NCBI GenBank assembly: GCA_017513085.1
Contig: JAFWDK010000006.1
Coordinates: 1 to 64,000 of the forward strand
Origin: Clostridiales bacterium
Lineage (GTDB): Bacteria > Bacillota > Clostridia > Saccharofermentanales > Saccharofermentanaceae
Length of the DNA stretch: 64,000 bases
Direction of reading: 5' to 3'
In this document: positions 19,652-27,391 of the stretch, one piece after another
Layout of the letters: each line of letters starts with the position of its first letter
Position numbering within the stretch: position 1 is the first letter of the stretch
Notes under the pieces: generated by a model
Databases searched by the model: none
Seen by the model: the letters and a program-made list of their open reading frames with translations, nothing else
Told to the model about the DNA's origin: nothing
Position numbers and translations under genes: made by a program

Positions 19652-20176
19652 ATGTTTCGAAAGAATAAAGCCTCTAAGCGAGGATTCACCTTGCTTGAGA
19701 CTATGTTATCTGTTGCACTCTTACTGATTGTTTCTCTCGTTGTTTATGAAGGTTTTTTGACTGTTCTCAGCTACGCTGCAGATACTGCTCTTGCTGATCG
19801 AATGAGTAATACAAACCAGCAGACAATGTATGAGAATGTAAGTGATGTAACTAATGGTGCAAAGGTTGCTGCAGTTGATTCAGGCGCTGCTATTTACATT
19901 GATGGTGGCGGAATCAATAATGTATACATGGTTAAGGCGCTGACCGGTGATGCCGGTGCTTCTCACCTGACCGGTACTTCTCTGATGCAGGATCCTCAGT
20001 TCACAGCTACGACAAAGAGACATGGTTTCTATTATGTTTGCCGTGGTTGTCCTACACACAATGAACCTCTTTCCTATTACGAAGTTGACGATGGTCACGG
20101 TGGAAAGAATATCGTTGGTAAGTGCCCTCATAAGGATGCTGGCGTTCAGTGTGGTTATTCCATCGTAATTAGATAA
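19652..20176 (+). CDS. Minor pilin (PilV/GspI-like) with a Cys/His-rich C-terminus
   Basis: KRG|FTLLET; AAGGAGG RBS before 19652; CRGCPTH...CPH...C. Confidence 0.85.
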   Translation: MFRKNKASKRGFTLLETMLSVALLLIVSLVVYEGFLTVLSYAADTALADRMSNTNQQTMYENVSDVTNGAKVAAVDSGAAIYIDGGGINNVYMVKALTGDAGASHLTGTSLMQDPQFTATTKRHGFYYVCRGCPTHNEPLSYYEVDDGHGGKNIVGKCPHKDAGVQCGYSIVIR

Positions 20177-20188
20177 GGAGGTGTAAAT

Positions 20189-20725
20189 ATGGTTAGATTA
20201 AGTAAAAAACAGTCTAATTCCCGTCGAATCGGATTTACACTCCTTGAGATGGTTATCGTTTTGGCGATTATGCTGATGCTCTTCACTTATCTGGTTGCAA
20301 CCTTCCAGGTTATTGAAAAAGGTCATACCGGAACCGCTATGATTAACGATTTGCATGACTACGCATCCATGAATTTGAAGGCTATTGCGAATAATCTTTG
20401 TAATGCTACTTCTGTTGGATCGACCGGTAAAACTATCAGCGTAGCTAGTGGAAATCATGTAGTTGTTGATTCTAACAAACTGCTTCCATCCTATACACAG
20501 TATCCTGGTAATGCAAATGGTGCTCGTTGGGCCTTAGGTTTGTCCTTTACTACTGATTCTGCTCGTAAGATGGTTTATGTAACGATTAAATTATACGATT
20601 CTAAGGAAGGCAACGCTCTTGCTTATACTGATAACATTTCAGTATACTGCCCAGGCTGTAAAGAAATGTCTGATATTACCAATGCCAACTCGATCGTATT
20701 CTCTACGGAACCGGTTATAACATAA
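20189..20725 (+). CDS. Minor pilin (PilW/GspJ-like)
   Basis: RRIG|FTLLEM; AAGGAGG RBS. Confidence 0.85.
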   Translation: MVRLSKKQSNSRRIGFTLLEMVIVLAIMLMLFTYLVATFQVIEKGHTGTAMINDLHDYASMNLKAIANNLCNATSVGSTGKTISVASGNHVVVDSNKLLPSYTQYPGNANGARWALGLSFTTDSARKMVYVTIKLYDSKEGNALAYTDNISVYCPGCKEMSDITNANSIVFSTEPVIT

Positions 20726-20747
20726 CATAATTAGTCGCTAAGTATTG

Positions 20748-20776
20748 AAAGACCGCTCTTTGAGCGGTCTTTTTTT
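20748..20776 (+). terminator. Terminator after the minor pilins
   Basis: AAAGACCGCTC/GAGCGGTCTTT stem plus T-run. Confidence 0.9.
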
Positions 20777-20858
20777 GTTTCATTCTTCTGTTGCATTTCT
20801 TAGATTTCTTCAGAATTCTATTGCCACTGAATTTTCTTTGAAATTTCAGCATTTGCTA

Positions 20859-20887
20859 TTGCTTTTTAAAAATTGTGGGAATATAAT
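20859..20887 (+). promoter_or_regulatory. Sigma-A promoter of pilin 3
   Basis: TTGCTT-17-TATAAT. Confidence 0.7.
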
Positions 20888-20932
20888 TATGTCATAAATG
20901 TGAATGAACTGTGAAAATCCAGGAGGTGTTTT

Positions 20933-21142
20933 ATGATTAAGTTAAACAAGAACAAGTGCGGCTTTACCTTGCTTGAAATGGTAATCGTTATTGCCATTAT
21001 CGCAATTATCTCAATCGTTATCTTCTTTAGTGTAGTTGATTATCTAAATGCCAGTAAGAAAGCTAAAAGCAAGCTGCAAGAGCATAATGATATTATCGAC
21101 AATGCTGCGGTTCAGATCTCCGCATGTACCGGTAAAACTTGA
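20933..21142 (+). CDS. Short head-less type IV pilin 3 (59 aa mature), paralog of pilin 1
   Basis: KCG|FTLLE; AGGAGG RBS; 33/56 identities to pilin 1 by hand alignment. Confidence 0.9.
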   Translation: MIKLNKNKCGFTLLEMVIVIAIIAIISIVIFFSVVDYLNASKKAKSKLQEHNDIIDNAAVQISACTGKT

Positions 21143-21186
21143 TCCCACATTTTACGACACTTCGTTTTTAATATTCACGTTTTATT

Positions 21187-21228
21187 AGACAAGGCGCCAT
21201 GGAGGCTGGTTGCCTTGTCTATTTTTTT
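21187..21228 (+). terminator. Terminator after pilin 3
   Basis: AGACAAGGC...GCCTTGTCT stem plus T-run. Confidence 0.7.
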
Positions 21229-21484
21229 CTCAGTGGTTTCATCTTTCCCTGGATCCAAGGATTTGCTTATAAATGCCCATATTTCATCTTTTTGCATTCA
21301 AAATGATACCAATATCATTTCGTGCCTACTCAAGCGAATTTGCACCATTCTGCGTGAAATTTGCTGTACATCTGTTTGTGGAGTTACTTCTTTCTTTTTT
21401 TCTTCTATATGTATGTGTGCTTTAAAGCCTCTATTCATCTTATATTGTCTTATTCTTCTCACCTTTAATGATCCTATACGTTGC

Positions 21485-21529
21485 ATATGAAAAGAGCGCA
21501 CAAAATATGTATGTGCGCTCTTTTCATAT
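21485..21529. repeat. Perfect 18-bp inverted repeat with a 9-nt loop
   Basis: ATATGAAAAGAGCGCACA / TGTGCGCTCTTTTCATAT. Confidence 0.9.
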
Positions 21530-21570
21530 ATGGCTTTAGTTTAGGGTCCTTTGCCCTTTAACTTTTAGAA

Positions 21571-21600
21571 TATTAAGGGGGGCTCTTTCGAGCCCCCCAA
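21571..21600 (-). terminator. Terminator of the PilX-like gene
   Basis: GGGGGGCTC-GAAA-GAGCCCCCC on the minus strand, about 30 nt after the stop. Confidence 0.8.
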
Positions 21601-21627
21601 ATAAATCACTTATCTTTGCAGTAGATC

Positions 21628-23502
21628 TTAGTTGTAATAGAACTGATAATCTTCAGCAGAGTAGCAAGATGTCAACGGTTTCGGACCTGTATCACCATCG
21701 TTCGGACCCGGGCAATATGCCATGTTGAGATTATCGGAACTGCCCTGCAGTACTTTTACAGCCTCGAAACGGCCATAGAAGTTTACGTTGTCCTTGAGTT
21801 CCAATGTACTAGCATCTGCTCCACGTCCACCGAGGCAGATATAAGCATCAACTACGCAAGCACGAGCTGCTGATACAAAGTTCTGACCCATACCAAGAAT
21901 GTAAGCTGCCGGCTTTGTTCCGCTAACTGCCTTAACTGCTGCCTGGTGCTCAGCCTGGTGCCAGTCTTCACTTACGTGCTGTGTAGAAACGATACCGCAT
22001 GTTCTACCCATGTAAACGAAACCACACTGATCGTCCATTACGAAATTGACACCCTTATTCAATACGATCTTAAGTTCATTATCGAACTCATTGGATACCT
22101 GAATATAGAAATCGTGGAAAGTTGTATTACCTGTCATTGTAATTGTGCAATCGCCCTTGGAAAGATCGATCTTCATAACACCGGTGCTATATGTACCGGA
22201 CATACGATAGTTCTTACCACCATCTTTAGTAACAACTGCTCCACCGTAACCACCGGAAGCAAGCTGCTCACCACCGGATACTCGATAAGCTTCCATCTCC
22301 TCAGAAGTCGGGACCTGTCTGCCGGCAGCCTTCATGATCTCACCATTGTTTGCCATGTAGTCTGCACCAGTAAACTTCAGGTTATTATATTCAGCCTCTT
22401 CAACAGAACCGGCTGCAAGAGCACTTCTCTGGATAACTGTATTACCGTTAGCACTAACTGTAGCACCATCGTTAATAATTACGTTACCGCCCCAGTTACG
22501 ATTAATCTTAATATTACTTCCGGAATCAGCTACCATATATGTGCAATAGCCATTACCCATTGTGTAAGCATTAATCGTGATATCTGCATTATAGAAATAT
22601 GCAGAATGTGCTTTCATGTTCAAACCACTCTCATTGGTCGCATTCGATCCATCAGCTTTACGGAGAACATGCTGCACTCCGGAAACACCTTCATACGGAA
22701 CGCCCAAGAAATAGAACGAGTGATTACCACGAATCTCAAGACCATTACCTGTAGACTGGATGTCATAACCAGCGTTCGGGCCATAGAAGATAATGTCGTT
22801 GTAGTACAGAGCACCCTGACCACCCTTTACGATACCTGTGTAAACAACACGGTTCTGGAAAGAGGAAGCGGATTCGTTAGATACATTAGCTGTACCATGG
22901 AATACTGTAAAGGAGCGAGGGTCGTTTACGAAGAGCTTCGGAGAATTATTCATAACGCCATCCTCACCTGTTGTAACCATGTTTGTGCAGATTTCCGGAG
23001 TCGGGGCCGGCGGTGTGTACTTAAGACGAACACGCAGGTTCTCGGAATTTCCGTCAAGAGTGGTTACATCAATGATAGTGTGGAAATCCAAGTAAAGATC
23101 TTCACTACCATCAACTTTAGAAACTTCACAAGTTGTGCTGCTCTGTGTTGATCCTGCAAGACCAGGAGCGATATTCAAACCGCTTGTAGCACCGGCAGAA
23201 GCACTCGGTGAAGTTGTGTTTGCTCCACGGATCGTCAATGTGGAATTGACCGCACCCTGGATCATCTTATCAGTAATTTCCTGATTCTCAATTGCATCGA
23301 TCACGGTTTCAGCTGCACTGATAAGAGTCAATCTTTCCTGGCTCAACTCGGCGTCAACATAGTAACGAGATCTACTTGCAATGGTAATCGTCAATGCGGA
23401 TGAAATAAGAATAAGGGACATACCGAAGATTACGAGAACGAGTAGCAACATACCACCCTTCTTGTTGTTCTGATGTCTCTTACTTGTAGGTAAGAATTTC
23501 AT
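21628..23502 (-). CDS. Large PilX/PilK-like tip pilin with a beta-rich adhesin-like domain
   Basis: NNKKG|GMLLLVLVIF: a class III-like signal with no Glu5, typical of the K/X subclass. Gly/Asn/Ser/Tyr-rich body. Confidence 0.75.
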   Translation of the reverse strand: MKFLPTSKRHQNNKKGGMLLLVLVIFGMSLILISSALTITIASRSRYYVDAELSQERLTLISAAETVIDAIENQEITDKMIQGAVNSTLTIRGANTTSPSASAGATSGLNIAPGLAGSTQSSTTCEVSKVDGSEDLYLDFHTIIDVTTLDGNSENLRVRLKYTPPAPTPEICTNMVTTGEDGVMNNSPKLFVNDPRSFTVFHGTANVSNESASSFQNRVVYTGIVKGGQGALYYNDIIFYGPNAGYDIQSTGNGLEIRGNHSFYFLGVPYEGVSGVQHVLRKADGSNATNESGLNMKAHSAYFYNADITINAYTMGNGYCTYMVADSGSNIKINRNWGGNVIINDGATVSANGNTVIQRSALAAGSVEEAEYNNLKFTGADYMANNGEIMKAAGRQVPTSEEMEAYRVSGGEQLASGGYGGAVVTKDGGKNYRMSGTYSTGVMKIDLSKGDCTITMTGNTTFHDFYIQVSNEFDNELKIVLNKGVNFVMDDQCGFVYMGRTCGIVSTQHVSEDWHQAEHQAAVKAVSGTKPAAYILGMGQNFVSAARACVVDAYICLGGRGADASTLELKDNVNFYGRFEAVKVLQGSSDNLNMAYCPGPNDGDTGPKPLTSCYSAEDYQFYYN

Positions 23503-23618
23503 CTTAATTGCCTCCATAATAAATCTTTGTGTCAGTTCGGTTTATTGTTATGTTTGGTTATACTTAATTATCATTATATTTAGATAGTTGCAAAAATAAA
23601 CCCTCTCGTACGGAATGT

Positions 23619-24656
23619 TCACATTTGTTCACAATTTTGTTCGTTTTCATCGCACCTTTCTGGAAATTCCGCAATTTCTTTCTGCTTTTTTAGTTTTTCT
23701 TCCCACTTTTCCTGAACATATCTAGCTGCATTACCATTTACAAATTTCAGCTGTCCGGTGCCATAAAATTCCTGCTGGGGCGTTTTCTTTGCACGGATCT
23801 TAGCTGTTAACGGTCCATGTTCCGAACATTGCCACAATGACATCCAAGTGTGCCCGGATGAAAACCACTCCAGTGTCGCTTCAATAGTCTCTGAACAGAT
23901 CGGACAGAAAAGTTTTTCCTTCAAAGCCACGGCAACGGCTGCTTTTTCATTCGGGAAGACTCCGGTTTTCCATTTAAATTGCGTATTCAGGTTCGGATTG
24001 GAAATGTACTGACGCAAATTTGGAAGATCCGAGGAATCTTGCTTGTCCGGGTTTCTCTTCATGGCAAAATAATCCGTTAGTGTTTCTTTCAAGATCTTGG
24101 CTTCATAATACGCATCTTTATCTGCGCTATGAAAATCATCGGTTTGAGGAATACGATAAAACTCAACCGCATAAGCGACACTTCTTTGTTGAGCTGTGTT
24201 TTCCGCCACACGACCAAACAGCGGCTGGATATCCAAAAAGCGCTCGTTCACTTCTGAAGACAGTCCGTGGATCTTAAGGTTGGATTTCAGAATAGAAATA
24301 TCAGAATCTCCCCAAGCACACAGAATATAGTCATCTCCGCACCAGTCTGCAAAGAATTGGTAGGCTTCCGGGAAAGTAACACCTCTCTTTAAATCATCAG
24401 TACTTTTGTTGATCACCCGGGATACCTGACGGTTCATGATTTTATAGAACTGTGGTCTGACTATAATTGAAAAAGGCCGGGACAAGGAAAAAGACGTCTC
24501 GGAATCCATGGTCAGTTTCACCGCGCCGATCTCGATGATCTCCCCCGGGAGTTCCTTGGGATTGACAGGAGCCGGCATATACGATATCGGCTGATTCCAT
24601 TCCATATCGAATACCACAAACGTGATGGGAAATTGTATTTCATCTTTATTCATCAA
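23619..24656 (-). CDS. DEDDh 3'-5' exonuclease with a C-terminal Cys/His module
   Basis: FDMEWN, EIIEIGAVK, WGDSD, FHSADKDA; CPIC...CSEH. Confidence 0.85.
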   Translation of the reverse strand: MMNKDEIQFPITFVVFDMEWNQPISYMPAPVNPKELPGEIIEIGAVKLTMDSETSFSLSRPFSIIVRPQFYKIMNRQVSRVINKSTDDLKRGVTFPEAYQFFADWCGDDYILCAWGDSDISILKSNLKIHGLSSEVNERFLDIQPLFGRVAENTAQQRSVAYAVEFYRIPQTDDFHSADKDAYYEAKILKETLTDYFAMKRNPDKQDSSDLPNLRQYISNPNLNTQFKWKTGVFPNEKAAVAVALKEKLFCPICSETIEATLEWFSSGHTWMSLWQCSEHGPLTAKIRAKKTPQQEFYGTGQLKFVNGNAARYVQEKWEEKLKKQKEIAEFPERCDENEQNCEQM

Positions 24657-27391
24657 TTGTCATTTCCTTTCACGTTCTCATGCTCTTCCGTCTGCACTGT
24701 GTTCAGGTCTTTTTTCTTTCGGCCAAGTGTTCCTCCCGGCAAAGCTACGAAAACCGCCAGTAAGGAAAAGACACCCAACGAAATCAGACCGGTTTTATAT
24801 TGTGGTGGTTCATACTTCATACTAACGTGGTGTTCACCCTCGGTCAAGTGAACGGCCAGGAAAGCTTTGCACCCTGCAAAAGGTTTCGTTTTCTCTCCAT
24901 CTATGGTAATGTTCCAGCTATTATCATAGGGAATGGTAAAAAGAAGGTTTCCGGAAGAAGGCGCACTGATGTCTCCTTCGACTTGAGCCGCCGAAAACGA
25001 AGTGATGCGGAATGAAGTTTTTCCCAGAGTTTGCTCGAGTTTTTCTAAATTCTCTCTGTTTAAAGAAGACGCAGAAAAACGAATCGTCTCCGTTTTGTTT
25101 TCCGGGAACTCAAGGTGTATGGATAGATGATCCGCTCCTTCTTCGAAAGAGTCCAACACAAATACGCGCTTATGTGCATCGGTTATGCTTTCGGAATTCA
25201 AAGCTCCACCATCGGAATCATACTGTGTCACTTCCAGGATCACCTGCTGTTCACAGTTACATATAATATATATAGGAGATATAAAGTCGGCTTTAACAGT
25301 AAACTCCGCCTCGTTCATGTTCGGAGATGAGACGACCTTGAAACGATCCTCTTTCAGATCCTGTACATTTGTCAGTTTTTCGATAGAATAATCCAGTCTC
25401 TCTAGGACTTTGCCTTCTGAGAACAACCCTGTAAACTGATTTTGGTTTTCAAATGCCGGGAGTTTTCCATCTAGTGATTCGTAGACCATCTCGGATGATG
25501 TAAAGTAACCGATACTTCCCGTCTCCTGCCCCTTTTCCACACCTTCGTCATTGACTCTTCCGGAAACCGCAAACATTTTCTCCAGCCAAGGAACGTTTTT
25601 CACAACCTTGATCTTACCCGAAGCATTGCTCATGCCAAGTGCTTTTAGCGCAGAAACAAAAGCCTTCGACTGGATAAAGTATGCCGAATCCAAAGAAGGA
25701 ACATGATAGATCAGTCCTATGTTTTTCTCCGTCGTCGAATCGAACACCACTCGTTCATATGGCTCCTTCTGCTGGACCAATTCCTGAACTCGAGCCACTT
25801 CCTGCTCATCCGGCTTGTGATACGTTACCGCAGAGTTTAAGCGGTATACCCATTCTGTCTTCTGATTCGTCGACAGTGTTTTTCTCATACTTTCCGGCAT
25901 CGGGTTTTCTTCAGGATCTACGATTGCATCTTTCATGGAACGAACCATATACCGATCCTTCAGCGGATGATACAGCGCAATCGTGCCTTCCACCAGAAGG
26001 ATTCCCGCAAAAACCAAAGAAAGGAAACGGTTCTGCTCTTTGGTGTTTTTCTTTTCCAGAAGTGAGATGACCGCAAAATAGACTACAATAAAACAAACTA
26101 CGTAATAGACTTTGTGGTCAGAATAGTTTACTGATGTTGAGATGGCACAGTTGATCACAAGGAAAGAAAGCAGCAGGGCTGTCACAATTCGGAGATTCTT
26201 GTGATTTTCGGTCAAAGCACCGTGTCCCAGCGCTCTTCCGCCTAAATACATGACCAGGAACACGATCAGGAAGGCCTGAGGGTATGTGCTTGAAATCGGA
26301 TAGTGCGCGCCACTGAACAAGAACGAGAGTAAGCGGTTGGCCATGATCACATAGAAGAAAAGCAAAGCGCTGAAAGAATAGAGCTTCTCTTTGAAAGGGA
26401 TCCGCTCGGACAAACCGTAGAAGAAAACCAGCATCACAGAAACGATACCACAGTACACGCTGGGATATTGTGTGGAATCACTTAGTGAATAAAAACACGC
26501 ATCAAAAGAAAATCTTTCGAATGTATCCCAGATCTTTATGTTGGTATTGAGGTCCTGCGGAAAGCGGAAGCTAAGATCGGTCAAAGAAGAATGCAGGATA
26601 CCTTTTAATACCGGGAACCAGAAGATGAGTGTCATTCCCAGTGCAATCAGGATGCTTAGCGCAAAATCCTTGACATTGATCGCTCTTTTCCGGATGTCGA
26701 TCTTCTTCTTTCTTTCTTCCATCATCAACAGTGGGAACAAAGCAACGGCGAACACGAGAACATATACTCCCGCCTGCCAGGAGCTGATGATGATCATGGC
26801 AAAAGAAAATGTGAAAAGCCATTTTTTCTTGCCCTGAAGGAGATAATGTATGCCGAGGATCAGGAGCGGCAGAAAGATCAAAGTATCCAGATACCACGGC
26901 TCCTCATAGAAAGCAAGCATATAGGCAGACAGACCATATGCAGTGGAAAAAGCAACCGTGACCGGAGAAAGTATTTTTTCCTTTTTCCACAGGAGAACAC
27001 AAAACGTCAAGGATGCAAATGCGCAACGCAACGCGAAAACGGCCTGTGTCACTTTCGGTATATCGGCCTCGGAAAAGCACAGATACAAAAGCGTGAACGG
27101 GCTGGCGGCGTAACATGCGATCAGGTTCCAAAAACTGGTGCCTCCGGCATTGTTCCAGGTAAAAAAGATCGACTCACCGTTCTTCACTTTGTGGCAAAGT
27201 TCGGAAATAACCGGCAAATACGTCTCCTGCATGGAATTCGGCATATAGTATACATCTGTAAATGGAGCCAGATGAAGTCTCCATGCGGCAAAAAGAAGGA
27301 TCAGTACCGGCAGAAAAAAGGCAGCAAGAAGACAGGCCTTGGCCTGTGGCGAAGAAATCGTTATGCGGTTATCTTTATAAAGTGACCTCAT
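24653..27391 (-). CDS. YfhO-family membrane protein (GT-C glycosyltransferase-like)
   Basis: FFTWNNAGGTSFW..YAASPF, many TM segments, C-terminal LFTIPYDNSW...G.HHVSMKYEP. Confidence 0.88.
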   Translation of the reverse strand: MRSLYKDNRITISSPQAKACLLAAFFLPVLILLFAAWRLHLAPFTDVYYMPNSMQETYLPVISELCHKVKNGESIFFTWNNAGGTSFWNLIACYAASPFTLLYLCFSEADIPKVTQAVFALRCAFASLTFCVLLWKKEKILSPVTVAFSTAYGLSAYMLAFYEEPWYLDTLIFLPLLILGIHYLLQGKKKWLFTFSFAMIIISSWQAGVYVLVFAVALFPLLMMEERKKKIDIRKRAINVKDFALSILIALGMTLIFWFPVLKGILHSSLTDLSFRFPQDLNTNIKIWDTFERFSFDACFYSLSDSTQYPSVYCGIVSVMLVFFYGLSERIPFKEKLYSFSALLFFYVIMANRLLSFLFSGAHYPISSTYPQAFLIVFLVMYLGGRALGHGALTENHKNLRIVTALLLSFLVINCAISTSVNYSDHKVYYVVCFIVVYFAVISLLEKKNTKEQNRFLSLVFAGILLVEGTIALYHPLKDRYMVRSMKDAIVDPEENPMPESMRKTLSTNQKTEWVYRLNSAVTYHKPDEQEVARVQELVQQKEPYERVVFDSTTEKNIGLIYHVPSLDSAYFIQSKAFVSALKALGMSNASGKIKVVKNVPWLEKMFAVSGRVNDEGVEKGQETGSIGYFTSSEMVYESLDGKLPAFENQNQFTGLFSEGKVLERLDYSIEKLTNVQDLKEDRFKVVSSPNMNEAEFTVKADFISPIYIICNCEQQVILEVTQYDSDGGALNSESITDAHKRVFVLDSFEEGADHLSIHLEFPENKTETIRFSASSLNRENLEKLEQTLGKTSFRITSFSAAQVEGDISAPSSGNLLFTIPYDNSWNITIDGEKTKPFAGCKAFLAVHLTEGEHHVSMKYEPPQYKTGLISLGVFSLLAVFVALPGGTLGRKKKDLNTVQTEEHENVKGNDN

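Noticed and set aside
19056-21142. Short pilins as Geobacter-like conductive e-pili
   Set aside because: The length is similar, but each has only 4 F/Y/W residues in 56-61 aa with long aromatic-free stretches, and there are no cytochrome genes in the window.
21215-21501. ORFs 21215-21490 (+) and 21298-21501 (-)
   Set aside because: No RBS, low-complexity AT-rich sequence, and both overlap hairpins.
21530-21570. c-di-GMP-I riboswitch-like words (GGGCAAA...AAAGCC) on the minus strand
   Set aside because: The GAAA-tetraloop P2 stem and correct spacing are missing, and it lies downstream of a terminator.
19279-21600. Invertible DNA or pilin shufflon suggested by similar G-run hairpins and the inverted tip-pilin gene
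   Set aside because: No recombinase and no matching long inverted repeats flanking a segment; the hairpins are explained as terminators, and each pilin gene is complete.
9694-23517. T4P locus as a mobile genomic island
   Set aside because: It looks somewhat AT-richer, but there is no integrase, tRNA or flanking direct repeat; high-expression codon bias is an adequate explanation.
23619-24656. DEDDh exonuclease as part of a CRISPR or defence system
   Set aside because: No repeat-spacer array, cas or other defence genes in the window.
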